Source of the DNA: an uncultured Spirochaetota bacterium | Lineage (GTDB): Bacteria; Spirochaetota; Spirochaetia; SZUA-6; Fen-1364 | NCBI GenBank assembly: GCA_963845535.1 | Contig: CAWJSK010000018.1 | Coordinates: forward strand, 1-64,000 | Direction of reading: 5' to 3' | Length of the DNA stretch: 64,000 nucleotides | Shown here: in pieces, positions 1 to 10,802 of the stretch | How the letters are laid out: the number at the start of each line of letters is the position of its first letter | Position numbering within the stretch: position 1 is the stretch's first letter | The notes under the pieces: generated by a model | The model's database searches: none | What the model saw: only the letters and a program-made list of their open reading frames with translations | Told to the model about the DNA's origin: nothing | Program-made: the position numbers and the translations under genes

Positions 1-39
1 ACCGACGCCTATAGGGAACTCGAAGAAGCATCTAAGTGA
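1..39 (+). CDS. 3' end of an ankyrin-repeat protein (partial, runs off window)
   Basis: Reads TDAYRELEEASK*, matching the C-terminal cap of the ankyrin paralogs at 19168, 51275 and 52205. Confidence 0.75.
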   Translation, partial: TDAYRELEEASK

Positions 40-137
40 TCTGCGCGGTGGTCCGGCCAGCGTTAAGATACTGGGTTAGTTGGATGGTGCACGGACTGCG
101 GAGGGTCGACCAAGCGCGCGCTTGCTTGCCCGCTCAA

Positions 138-641
138 TCATGTTCTGTGGCGTCTTGCTTGTCTCAAATAAGGTACGTGGTGGGCCCGGTCGCCCCAGGC
201 ATAGAACCCACTGCGTGCTACCCCCAACACTTGCGCCATCTTCTCTACGCTATGGGCACCCTGTTGCTCACTCATGAAGGCGTACTTCATTTCTGTAGTC
301 TGAAGAAGACGGCGGTTGCTTTTTCGCAGGATGTCCCGCTCCTCGCGCAGCTCCTTGATCTCCTTACGCAGGGCTGCCAATTCCTCATCACGGGACTTGC
401 CGTTCCCAGGAAACGCCCTGGCACCGTCCTGACTGAATTGCTTCCGCCAGCGGTAAATCTGTCCGCTACCGATCCCCAGGTCATGCTCGATCTCGTGCCC
501 TGGCTTCGTACCTGACTCCAGAAGCCTTATGGCACCAAGCTTGAACTCCTTGGTGTATTTCTTCCTTTTGTCTCCCATGTCCATTGACTACCCCTTGAAG
601 ATACTGCTTAACCTTGTGTCATGATTTTCGGGGTAGGCCCA
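138..641 (-). mobile_element. IS3-family remnant (orfA plus start of orfB, truncated)
   Basis: RKKYTKEFK..HTH..EELAALRKEIKELREERDILRK is a typical IS3 OrfA; OrfB start (VEKMAQVLGVARSGFYAW) follows; left end TGGGCCTACCCCGAAAATCATGACAC begins at about 641. Confidence 0.85.
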
Positions 642-677
642 CTTTTGGTTTTCTTTGTCTTGCCTTCGACATATGTC

Positions 678-846
678 CAGACGACGGACTTTCATTGAAC
701 TGGTAGAAACTGGAACACCGCAGCAGATACAGGCCGCTATTGACCAAGGCGAAGATGTCAACGCCAAGGACAAGCTCCTCGGCTGGACCGCGCTGATGTA
801 CGCCGCCCGGTTCAACAAGAATCCAGAGGTAATCACCACGCTCCTA
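678..846 (+). pseudogene. Ankyrin-repeat protein fragment
   Basis: FIELVETGTPQQIQAAIDQGEDVNAKD..GWTALMYAARFNKNPEVITTLL, homologous to the other ankyrin copies; no signal peptide or C-terminal cap. Confidence 0.8.
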
Positions 847-872
847 TCGGCAGTACCCACAATCCCTCGCGA

Positions 873-1520
873 TCAAGGCTGTCTGCCTCTTCTACCCATA
901 GTCACTCCTCGAAGTCTCGGAATCAGCATTGGGACACTCCTCCGATATCCATCGTACTCGCCGCCACCGAACTCTCGCGCGAGCTCGACCTCCTCTTTGC
1001 GTGCGAAAGCATACAACATCATGAATATGAAGAGCGTGGCAATCAACGAGTATGTACCCGACATGAGAAGAGAGAACCCGACGCGCATGAGCAAAAACCC
1101 CAGATACTGTGGGTGTCGAACCCGGGCGTAGATTCCGGTCGTGACCACGCGCTCCGGGCGGTGCGCTTCAGACACCTTCCTTGTCAAGTCCGAGACCGAC
1201 CGTGACAACAGAATGAGGCCCAGGAACACGAACGGCACGAACAGCATGAGATGCACCACCGGAATGACGTGGTGGATGCCGGGAACAACGAGGGACACGC
1301 GGCGAAGGATCGGAATGGTAATCCGCGGTTGCGGCGAAAACCACAGACCGATGAGGGAAGCGAACAGCATGTAGGCCGACACGTGACCGTAGAGCTCGCC
1401 GACCTTGATGCCCGTTATCCGTCCATGTTTCTGTTCCAGTCTTGCGTGCTCGACCGACACGTAGTGAATTGGTATTGCCGCGATCGCACACAACACGAAT
1501 ACGAAAAACAACCAGTTCAT
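873..1520 (-). CDS. Isoprenylcysteine carboxyl methyltransferase (ICMT/PEMT)-family membrane protein
   Basis: Multiple TM segments; VVTTGIYARVRHPQYLG and EEVELAREFG..Y..Y..SVP motifs. Confidence 0.85.
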   Translation of the reverse strand: MNWLFFVFVLCAIAAIPIHYVSVEHARLEQKHGRITGIKVGELYGHVSAYMLFASLIGLWFSPQPRITIPILRRVSLVVPGIHHVIPVVHLMLFVPFVFLGLILLSRSVSDLTRKVSEAHRPERVVTTGIYARVRHPQYLGFLLMRVGFSLLMSGTYSLIATLFIFMMLYAFARKEEVELAREFGGGEYDGYRRSVPMLIPRLRGVTMGRRGRQP

Positions 1521-1864
1521 GATAGTCGACTTTGACGTTTACATGAATCTTTGGGAAGAACATCGGTATTCCATGGGGTTTCTACTGTATGCGCTCGCCC
1601 ACCGGCGGCGGAGCGGGGACATGCCGTAGTAGACCAGAAACCGGTTATCGGCAGTGCTGCCACACGGCTCGCGCGAGAACGCATTGATTCTTGCTTAAAT
1701 TAAGCTCCCTCCATAAGGTTCGGACATAGCGTAGGAATTCTCCGATCCTGCTTGTCCTTGGGCCATCGGTTCACGGATTTCCGGGACTTTCCACCCCATC
1801 GTCTTGTTCCTTTGCGGTTGCGGCCTTCGCGGCTCAGCGTTAGTATCTCATCCGGAGGATCCCG

Positions 1865-2032
1865 ATGCTTATTGCAGTAATCCCTGTCCTGGTCGCCGTA
1901 GCCCTGTTAGTTGTCGGCCGAGTGATGGCGAGGAAGACAGCGAGACGTGCTGCTCTGTGGCTAAGCATCGTAGCAGCGGTTGCCTTGGGTGCCGCCATCG
2001 TGATTGCCGTTCTTACTTTTGTGCGGCGATAG
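1865..2032 (+). CDS. Small two-TM membrane protein (55 aa)
   Basis: GGAGG RBS then MLIAVIPVLVAVALLVVG...LTFVRR*; below the ORF-track cut-off. Confidence 0.5.
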   Translation: MLIAVIPVLVAVALLVVGRVMARKTARRAALWLSIVAAVALGAAIVIAVLTFVRR

Positions 2033-2134
2033 CCGCTACCCCATGAAATGACACGGCAGGACTCCGCGGGAGAACACCATGTTCACTAGCAGGAGCTTGT
2101 GGTAGACCGAATCGCCCTTATGAAAGATGATGTA

Positions 2135-2163
2135 TTGACATTGGGCACACATCAAGATACCTT
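2135..2163 (+). promoter_or_regulatory. Putative sigma70 promoter of the BrnT-type TA operon
   Basis: TTGACA-17 bp-TACCTT ending 5 bp before the GTG start. Confidence 0.5.
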
Positions 2164-2168
2164 TATTC

Positions 2169-2456
2169 GTGATCTTCGATTGGAACGAGGAGAAGAATAA
2201 GTGGCTACGGACAGCCAGAGGCATTTCGTTTGAGGAAATCGTTGTCGCCATAGAAGAGAGAGGAACACTCGATATTCTGGAACATCCGAATCCTTCGAGA
2301 TACGAAGGACAACGGCTCTACATTGTCTCAATCGACAATTATGCTTGGGTCGTTCCGTTTGTCGACAGAGGGGATATTCGATTCCTCATGACCGCATTCC
2401 CCAGCCGTAAGCTTACGAAGCGTTATCTCCAAGGTCGAGAGGAGGGAAGCAAATAA
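2169..2456 (+). CDS. BrnT-family toxin
   Basis: FDWNEEKNKWLRTARGISFEEIV N-terminus, and T.FPSRK near the C-terminus. Confidence 0.85.
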   Translation: MIFDWNEEKNKWLRTARGISFEEIVVAIEERGTLDILEHPNPSRYEGQRLYIVSIDNYAWVVPFVDRGDIRFLMTAFPSRKLTKRYLQGREEGSK

Positions 2457-2740
2457 TGAAGCTAGACAAAGAGGAGAAGGAACTTCTCAAGAGCATTGAA
2501 AACGGGGAATGGCGATCGATTGACAATCTCGACAAAGAGATAGAGAAGGCACGAGCGATCGCCAGGGCGACCGGGGCCAAAGATGAGCGGATGAACATCC
2601 GCATGAATCGCCGAGATATGATGGCTCTCAAGACTCGCGCCTTGGAGCGGGGAGTTCCCTATCAAACCCTAGTTTCAAGCATACTCCGTCAATGGCTTAG
2701 GAGGGAATCGGTGGCCGGAAAGAGGCGAACATCGAACTAG
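2456..2740 (+). CDS. Cognate antitoxin (CopG/RHH-like)
   Basis: Overlaps toxin stop; KDERMNIRM..D..ALK.RALERGVPYQTLVSSIL. Confidence 0.8.
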   Translation: MKLDKEEKELLKSIENGEWRSIDNLDKEIEKARAIARATGAKDERMNIRMNRRDMMALKTRALERGVPYQTLVSSILRQWLRRESVAGKRRTSN

Positions 2741-2867
2741 CCGTCGAACGACTCAGCAGGATGCTATGGTTTCGAGGGGAGGGGAACAGGATGCGAAAAA
2801 TAGCGGTTGCTACTAAAAGAGCGGCGTCAGGAAAACATTGGCGGTTTTGGTAGCTCTGGGTGCTGAA

Positions 2868-4587
2868 GTGAACCAGCTGCGGATAGCAAAAGGTCTCTCC
2901 CTTCCCGTTGAAATGGTGACTCAGACGGCCGCGATCCTGGCGAAGCGCGGCGTCGGAAAAACGCACACAGCAGTCGTGATCACCGAAGAGCTGCTCACGG
3001 CTGATCAGCAGGTGGTGATCCTGGATCCGCTGGACGTCTGGTTCGGCCTCCGATCCTCCCGAGACGGCAAGGACCCAGGCTTTCCTATCACAGTTCTTGG
3101 CGGCGAGCATGCCGATCTTCCTCTCGAGGCTTCCAGCGGGACCGTCATCGCCGACTTCGCCGTCGAGAATCGGGTCCCTCTGGTCCTGAGCTTGCGTCAC
3201 TTCTCAATGGCGGATCAGCGCCGCCTGGTCACTGACTTTTGCGAGCGCCTCTATCATCGCAAGGGCAAGGATAAGTACCGCCAGCCGCTCCACGTGGTCA
3301 TCGATGAGGCGGACGAGTTTGTGCCCCAGCGGATCCAGACCGGCCAGGAGCGCATGTTCGGTGCGATCGATCGTCTGGTGCGCCGCGGTCGGTCTTCTGG
3401 AATCGGAGTCACTCTTATCAGCCAACGGGCGGCCGTTATCAACAAGGACGTCTTGACGCAGATTGAGGTCCTTATCTGCCTGCGCACGATCAGCCCTCAG
3501 GACCGTAAAGCCCTCGAGGCCTGGGTTGAGGCGCATGATGCCCACGATCAGAAGGGCGAGTTCATGGCATCCCTTGCCAGCTTGGCCATCGGAGAAGCTT
3601 GGATCTGGAGCCCTGGGTGGCTTGACTTGTTCAAGCGCGTTCAGATCCGGGAGCGAAAGACCTTCGACTCAAGCGCCACGCCGAAGATTGGAGAGAAGGC
3701 GAAGTGGCCGACCGCGGCAGCGGTCGTGGACCTCGAGAAGCTCCGCGCCGAGCTCGCGAGTACGATCGAGAGGGCGAAAGCCGAGGACCCTCGGGAACTG
3801 CGAAAAAAGATCGCCGCCCTTGAGGCGGAGCTGGGGAAGGCATCCGGCAAGATGCCGATCGCAACCGTGGATGCCGCACAGCTCAGGAAAATTCAGAAAG
3901 AGAGTTATGCTCAAGGGTTCATCGAGGCCGAACGCGCTGCCGCTGGCAAGGAGACGCGGCTACGGAGAGCGCTGGCGGCCGCCTCTGACGCTTTGGCCTC
4001 TGCGCACTCCCTCTTGAATCGTAAGGTCTCGACTCCCCCGGTCAGCCGGCCATCCGCATACACCCACAGTCCGCCCCGTTGTTGTCCCAACACCTGCTCC
4101 GCGGCATGTTCGACCGACGGCGCTGTCTTCATCGATCCCAGGGGGAGAGCGAAAGATCTTGACGGCCCTGGCCCAGTACCTGCAGGGCCGATCAAAGACC
4201 CAGGTCGCGATCCTGACTGCCTACGCCGCAAGGGGCGGAGCCTTCGCCAACTATCTGGGGGCTCTGCGCAGCAAGGGAATGATCGAGGGCAGGGACCTTC
4301 TCCGTATCACTGAAGCAGGCCTGGCTGCGCTCGGGCCCTACGATCCACTCCCGACTGGGCGCGAGCTCTTGGAGCACTGGCTGAAGCAGCTCGGAAAAGC
4401 CGAACGCCTGATTCTCTCGCGTTTGACCGAGATCTATCCTGCGGCGGCATCGAAAGAAGATCTCGGCGTCGCCACCGGCTATGAGCCAAGCGGGGGTGCA
4501 TTCAACAACGCGATTGGAAAGCTGCGGACGCTCGAGCTCGTTACAGGGCGCGGCGAGCTACGAGCAAGTGAAGATCTATTCGCGTGA
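2868..4587 (+). CDS. HerA/DUF87-like ATPase with C-terminal repeated winged-helix-like segments (frameshift near 4070)
   Basis: Walker A AKRGVGKT, Walker B VVIDEAD, GRSSGIG..ISQR motif; ORF 4159..4587 continues the protein in another frame. Confidence 0.75.
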
Positions 4588-4754
4588 CGATAGGGGTTTC
4601 CGTGCACGAAATCGCGCCACATTGCGCCTTCGTAGCCTTTACAGAGGGCCCCTGGGGACCTAAAATAGCGCATTAGAACTGGTGTTTTAAGGTGAAAGGG
4701 GAGCTTGTCAGAAAATTACCGCCTCCCAACCCCCAAACCGATATTAAAGGCACA

Positions 4755-5759
4755 ATGTCGGCGATCCCAGGCCTGCCCGCTATGCTAACACCATATGGAA
4801 AAGCCACGCCTGTCGCCCCCGGATGCCCGCCAAGCGGCTCAAATCCCGCGGTTGTGTATTTAGCCAGTCTCAAGCCCTCGGGGCGCGTTGTGATGGCGGG
4901 ATCCCTGGACATCGTCGCACGCAAGCTCGGCGCCAAGGATACTCGCTCCATGCCCTGGGCGAGCCTTCGCTACGAGCACTTGGTCGCCTTAAGGCAGTGG
5001 CTCGCGGAGACCTTCAAGCCAGCAACGGCCAACCGATACCTGGCTGCGATCAAGGGAACGCTGCGGGAAGCTTGGCGCCTGGGTCAGTTTCCTAGCGAGG
5101 AGCTCGAGCGGGTGCGCGACATAAAGTCTGTTTCAGGATCCTCGGTGCCTGCAGGGCGCGGGCTATCATCAGGGGAGCTACGAGCTCTTCTTTTGGCCTG
5201 CGTCGACGGAACGCCCTCTGGCTACCGAGACGCAGCGGTGCTTGCTCTGGGGTACGGGGCCGGCCTGCGCCGAGCGGAGATTGCCGCTCTCGAAATCGAG
5301 GATGTCACAAGCGAGGGGGAAGGCTTCGCGGTGAAAGTCCGACACGCCAAGGGCGGGCGCGAGCGGGTTGTCTACTTGGATAACGGAGCGCGAGATGCGC
5401 TGCACGATTACATGCAGATTAGGGGGGCGGAGGCCGGTGGCCTCTTTTGGCAGGCTCGCAAGGGCGGGAAGCTGGTCCACCAAGGGATGACCGACGATGC
5501 GGTGTGGCGCCTTATCGAGAAGCGCGCGAAGCTGGCCGGGGTGACGGACGTCTCCCCACACGACCTGAGGCGGTCTTTCGTCTCGGACCTGCTGGATGCC
5601 GGGATCGACGTGACCACGGTTTCGAAGATGGCGGGACACGCGAGCGTTCTGACCACTGCAAAGTATGACAGGCGAGGCGAAGACGCAAAGCGCAAGGCCG
5701 CAAAGGCCCTCCACGTACCCTACCCTGGCCGTCCTCGCGACCTTTTCACCGGGACTTGA
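4755..5759 (+). CDS. Tyrosine recombinase/integrase
   Basis: GLRRAEI, AKGG, HDLRRS, AGHAS..TTAKY catalytic set; start codon uncertain (4692/4755/4782). Confidence 0.9.
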   Translation: MSAIPGLPAMLTPYGKATPVAPGCPPSGSNPAVVYLASLKPSGRVVMAGSLDIVARKLGAKDTRSMPWASLRYEHLVALRQWLAETFKPATANRYLAAIKGTLREAWRLGQFPSEELERVRDIKSVSGSSVPAGRGLSSGELRALLLACVDGTPSGYRDAAVLALGYGAGLRRAEIAALEIEDVTSEGEGFAVKVRHAKGGRERVVYLDNGARDALHDYMQIRGAEAGGLFWQARKGGKLVHQGMTDDAVWRLIEKRAKLAGVTDVSPHDLRRSFVSDLLDAGIDVTTVSKMAGHASVLTTAKYDRRGEDAKRKAAKALHVPYPGRPRDLFTGT

Positions 5760-5919
5760 CCTCGTGAAAAGACACGACAGGTCCGCAGAAAACCTCGCTA
5801 CAGGCCCGCCATGAGCGTCGTTTGTGGGGATCTTGCTTACTTGGCCGGGCAGCTTTTCGATTGCACTGTACGACTCTGGGTACAACTACTTTCCGGACCT
5901 GAGTTCTGAGGCTCTTGCT

Positions 5920-6100
5920 TGATCGTTCTTTATGTTCGTCGTTCCTTCCCATTTTTGAAAAAACAAACGCACGACCGTCGTAGGCATTCGGATCTCTTCG
6001 GTCTAATTCAATCGCCGTGTCGAAATCTGCCTTCGCGTTCTCATAGTTGCCCATTCGCGCCCAGGTGAGGCGACGATTTACGTAGGCTTTGGCGCGCGTG
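5920..6100 (-). pseudogene. TPR-repeat fragment
   Basis: AKAYVNR..ARMGNYENAKADFDTAIELDRRDPNAYDGRA. Confidence 0.6.
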
Positions 6101-6351
6101 TCATTGCCGACATGCGTCCCATCACCGGATCTTCCTGGGAACAGCTTTCGTGTCGAGACAGAAACGGCCCCGGCTCGACTTGAGCTTGCTCCAGGCGGAG
6201 CGCAAGCAGCGAGAGACAGAGCAGGAATAGCGCACCGCGATGGGAAGCGATGCCCAGCGGCGGAGACTCCCTGCCGACCCAATCGACCGCCGCGGTCACG
6301 AACGCCACTGTCCTTTTCGTGGATGATGACGAAGCGGTTCGCTCTATCGCC

Positions 6352-7567
6352 CTACCCCTGCATCTTGGGAGACTCCTTCAGAGAGAACAGGAGCGCGCCG
6401 CTGGCTGCAAGCAGCACGGCGAGCCCAAGGAAGGACGGGATGTACGAGTTATTGAATGCGCCGCGCAGAGCGTCCATCAGGACGATCACCAATCCCGACG
6501 CCTGCACGACGAGGGCAAATATCCCGTTGCTTGTTCCCTCGGGGGCCGGGTGGGTGATCTCCGCCCCGTACTGATATGCAAGCGGCGTAAAGCCCGTCAT
6601 GCAGAACCCCACGATGAAGAAGAAGACAGCCTCTACGGGGAAGCTGCGAACAAGGACCAGGCCGATCGTGGCGGGGACGGCCATGAAGATCCCGATCAGG
6701 AGAACGGGCTTGCGGCGCCGAATGCCGTCCGAAATAACCGGCACCACGACGCTGCCGACAATGCCTCCCACAAGGAGCAGGGCGACAAGTACGACCCCTT
6801 GATCGACTCCCAGGCCTTTCTCCTGATCCAGGCCGTCGATGAGCGTGAACACCCCGTTCACGATCCCGCTGCCGATCAAAAGAGCAATGGAAAGGAAGTA
6901 GACGCTGCGGTTCCTCAGGATCTGCTTTATTCCATCCAGCACGAGCGCACGCGCTTCTTCTCCCGCCGGACTCGGCGGCGTGGGCGGTTTTGCACGCGCA
7001 AAGACCAGGAAAATCGCGGTGGCTGCCGCGCTTGCAACGCCGTCTATAAGCTGCATGCCCGGCGAACCCGAAACGGCCTACCAGGCCGGGGCTGAGTGAT
7101 TCTCCCAGGCCGATCCCAACAAAAAGGGAAAGAAAGATCAGCCCGGTGATCGTGGCGCGCTGCTTCTGGGGGAACCACTCTGCAGCAAGCTTCGTGAATG
7201 CGTTCAGGAGAAAAGGCTGGCCGATGGAGATGCCGATGGATCCGATGAGCGCCGCCGTGTAGCTGGTCGGGAAGACAGCCCGTACGAGGCCGAACACCGC
7301 CATGAACATGGCGCCGAAACCCACAGCCTTCTAGAAACCGAAGGTGTCGATGGCCCACGCTGCCGGTATCGCCATGGGAAGGTAGATGAGCAGGAAGAGG
7401 TTCGCCAGCAGGTCCACTCCTTCGCGGCCGACGCCAAAGGCAGAAGCGGCGATCGAGGCCACGGGTGCGTAGCAGATCCACAGCACTTGCACCATCACGT
7501 TGATCAGCATGAACGCCGCCAGGACGACCCAGCGATACGGATAGAGCTTGACTTCAGATTCAGCCAC
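6352..7567 (-). pseudogene. MFS transporter interrupted by an in-frame stop and a frameshift
   Basis: Three consecutive ORF pieces (7331-7567, about 7050-7324, 6352-7056) form a 12-TM MFS: KLYPYRWVVL, AAEWFPQKQRA, ISDGIRRRKP. Confidence 0.8.
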
Positions 7568-8163
7568 GGCACGACCTCCTTGTGTTTGCGCTTCGGCGCA
7601 GGGTTCTACAGCCCGTAAAAGCCCGCAAGAATTCTCAAATAGAGCCGAGGATAGGACAGCGCGTACGCGAGCGCCGGGTGCGTTGTCGCACCAACAACTG
7701 TTACCCACGAAGGCGGGCGACGAAGCCGAGAACGACAGACAGGATGCCGAATGGCTGGCACATGCTATCGGGCAGGCGAACTCCCTGCGGTGCAGGTACC
7801 CGACGCGGCAAGACGCTTCGCGCGATCCGGTAGTGAAGCAGGTGGTGAGTTCCGATAGTGAAAGGGAGAACGCAAATGCGGCGCGGCACTCAAAAGACTT
7901 GAGCCTATGTTGTCGGCGGCGGAATAGCAGGGCTTTCCTCGGCCGTCTTCCTCATTCGCGACAGCCAAGTCAAAAGGTGAGAACATCTTCGTTCGCGAGC
8001 AGAATCAGGCGATGGGCGCGAGCCTAGGCAACCTTGACTAGTTCAGTAACGTTCTCGTAACCTACTACCGCCGCACAATGTCAAGGCGGCGTGGCGCGAA
8101 TCTCAACGTGGTGGGCCGGAGGAGTAGAATGATGAAAAAACCACCCGCGCAGCGGCTCAGGCA

Positions 8164-10212
8164 CTACTGGATCCGCTTTACCGCTCCCCCCGATTCCGTT
8201 ACGTAGAGGTAGGTGCCGTCCGTCGTGAGGCCAGTCGGCGAAGCAAAGGCGGTAGAAATGACCGTCTTGTTGCCCCCAGCGTCTACCTTGTACACGGTAT
8301 TGGAACCACTATCGGCGACGTAGAGGTACGTGCCATCCGACGTGATGCCCCAAGGAGAGTTGAAGCCAGTGGCCAGCGTGGTCACGTCTCCGGAAAAGTC
8401 CACCCTTTGAACGGCGTTGGAGGGGGGGGACTCCGTCACGTAGAGGTATGAGCCGTCCGTCGTGATGCCAACAGCGATGTTCGAGAGGCCAGTGGCCAAG
8501 ACCACCGAAGCTCCCGATGCTTTATCTATCTTGTAGACCTTGCTGCTCCCGCCTCCGTTGCAAACCACATAGAGGTAGCCCCCGTCCAAGGTGATGCCGC
8601 AAGGACCGGGAAGCGCGGTGGTGAGGTCGCTCCAGGTTCCCGTCGACGCATTCACCTTCTCCACTTTCCCTGAGGCATAGCTTGTGACGTAGAGGTAGGT
8701 GCCATCCGTCACGATGCCCTGAACATCGGCAATAGTAGCCAGGACCGTGGTGTTGCCCGACAGGTCCATCTTGGAGACCTTGCCTGAGCTTTCATCGGAG
8801 AAGTAGACGTAGGTGCCGTCCGTTGTCGCGAAACAAGGATTGCTCATACCGGTAGTCTGGGTCGTGACCGCCCCTGACAGGGTGAGCGCGTGCCCCTGGA
8901 TCGAGCCTCCCTCCAGGAGCGGTCCCCACATCGCATACACTGTCACGTTGGCACTGCCTATGGTGAACGTTTGCGCCGGTTTGTAGGTCGTGCCGCTGCC
9001 GTCAGAGACGGTGTTCCAACCGGCGAACGTGTAGCCGCTCCTGGCGAGGTTGCCGCTGTTGCCCGCCACCGTCACCGTCGCGCCGGGCAGGTAGAGGTTG
9101 CCGTCAGTCGGCACGGTGCCGCCGGTATTTCCGTTGCCGTTGTATGTCACCGTGTATGACAGGAGCGGTCCCCACATCGCGTAAAGGGTCAGGTTTGACG
9201 TGCCCATGGTGAACGTCTGACCTTGGGTGTAGGTGGAGCCGCTCCCGTCCGCTTTGGTGTTCCAGCCTGCGAAGAGGTAGCCTACCTTCACCAAGCCTCC
9301 GCTGTTGCCCAACACCATAACCGTCGCGCCGGGCAGGTAGAAGTTGCCGTCAGTCGGCACCGTACCGCTGGTATTTCCGCTACCGTTGTACGTCACTCTG
9401 TGTGACGAGTCGTTCTGGATCACCACGGAGGCGCTCGCGGGGGCGCCTACTGTATAGGCAGGGGGGGTATTCGGATCGGGCTGAATCGTCAAGGTGACCG
9501 TAGGGTTGGCGTTGGCGGCATTGTGCACCCCTGTAATAGAAAGGCTGATCGTGGTCGCTGAGTGCACGAGCGTCGCGGAAAAGGATGTACTCGACGCGGG
9601 GAGACCCGTCAGGTCGGCCGTCGTGTAAGTGCCGCCGGTCAGGAGCGTGACTGTGAGATCAGCACCCGGAGGGATCGAAGAGGTAATTGTGAAAGTCGCC
9701 GTTCCCCCGTCCTCGCTCACGGAGGCCTTGTCGCAGGTGACCGAAAGGATCGGGTAGGGGCTGACGATGACAGTCGCGTGGGAGGCTGGGCTGGGCAGCA
9801 TGTTGGGGCCGGTTGCCACCGCGTGAATGTCCAGAGTCTGAACAGATGTACTTCGTGTGATAGTGATCTGGCCACTGGATCCGTTTATCCTCTTTGGCGT
9901 CTCGTAGTTGGTGATCTGACTTCCGTCGTCCGTATAGTAAATGACAGAGTTGTAAGTGGCGGTGGACAGAGTCACAGTCGTCGTTTTTCCTGTAGTGTAG
10001 GTAGTGTTGTTCGCGATGGCGCCGCTGGTCCCGCCCTGCTCGGCGTAGGAAACAGTTACAGCGGCTGTCAAGCTGGGGGTGCTCGGATCCGAGGTGTGCG
10101 AGGCGCCCGCGCCCTGGCCGTTGTAGTCGAACGGGAGCGGACAGCCGGCGAACATCGCAGCGAAACTCACTGCGATGACGAGCAGCCAGGGCCCCCCGGA
10201 CGAGACTTTCAT
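8164..10212 (-). CDS. Surface lipoprotein with two InlB B-type repeats and a C-terminal beta-propeller (TDGTYLYV repeats)
   Basis: Lipobox FAGC; duplicated VTYNGxGNTxGTVPTD...FAGWNT..DGSG..Y; repeated GITxDGTYLYV units. Confidence 0.85.
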   Translation of the reverse strand: MKVSSGGPWLLVIAVSFAAMFAGCPLPFDYNGQGAGASHTSDPSTPSLTAAVTVSYAEQGGTSGAIANNTTYTTGKTTTVTLSTATYNSVIYYTDDGSQITNYETPKRINGSSGQITITRSTSVQTLDIHAVATGPNMLPSPASHATVIVSPYPILSVTCDKASVSEDGGTATFTITSSIPPGADLTVTLLTGGTYTTADLTGLPASSTSFSATLVHSATTISLSITGVHNAANANPTVTLTIQPDPNTPPAYTVGAPASASVVIQNDSSHRVTYNGSGNTSGTVPTDGNFYLPGATVMVLGNSGGLVKVGYLFAGWNTKADGSGSTYTQGQTFTMGTSNLTLYAMWGPLLSYTVTYNGNGNTGGTVPTDGNLYLPGATVTVAGNSGNLARSGYTFAGWNTVSDGSGTTYKPAQTFTIGSANVTVYAMWGPLLEGGSIQGHALTLSGAVTTQTTGMSNPCFATTDGTYVYFSDESSGKVSKMDLSGNTTVLATIADVQGIVTDGTYLYVTSYASGKVEKVNASTGTWSDLTTALPGPCGITLDGGYLYVVCNGGGSSKVYKIDKASGASVVLATGLSNIAVGITTDGSYLYVTESPPSNAVQRVDFSGDVTTLATGFNSPWGITSDGTYLYVADSGSNTVYKVDAGGNKTVISTAFASPTGLTTDGTYLYVTESGGAVKRIQ

Positions 10213-10802
10213 CAATCGCCCTTCCAAGCATCCGGCAGGCCTTGATCATGCATGGTGGTCTCGTTCGGCATCCACACCTTCCCGCCTCGAACTATGAGGT
10301 TGTCGCAATTTGTCGCGCTCGCCTTCACTTCATCGGGGGCGATGTTTAGGTTGATGGCCAAGAGCCCTCCTTACAGACCGAAATAGCACAAGTAGGACAG
10401 ATCGAGCAGGGCCAGAATTGGACTAAACGCATAAGCTACGCCCGCTCCCCCCTCGGCGACAGGACCTCGCCGCCATTCGATAGCCTGTTGACGTTACTCA
10501 GCCTAAAGGAGTACCCTGCGCCGTCAAATGTTCGCGCAGAAAGCCACGCAACAATCGGGAATCGCCATGCCGCACCGGCCGGGGCAGCCATCTCTGAAGC
10601 GGATCCTGTTCCGGCCTGAAGCGTTGGAGATGAGCCAGAGTCGCAACGACAGGCTTGGCACCCAGGGAAGCGCGTACTCTGCGCTGAGCCCTCCGCTGCC
10701 GCCCGTAGACCTCCCAAACAACAACAATTGTGGCGCATGAGGTGGATCGAGTCGTCCGAGAAAAAAACTTGGACCTTTTTTTGAGGTAGGGTACACTACG
10801 GC

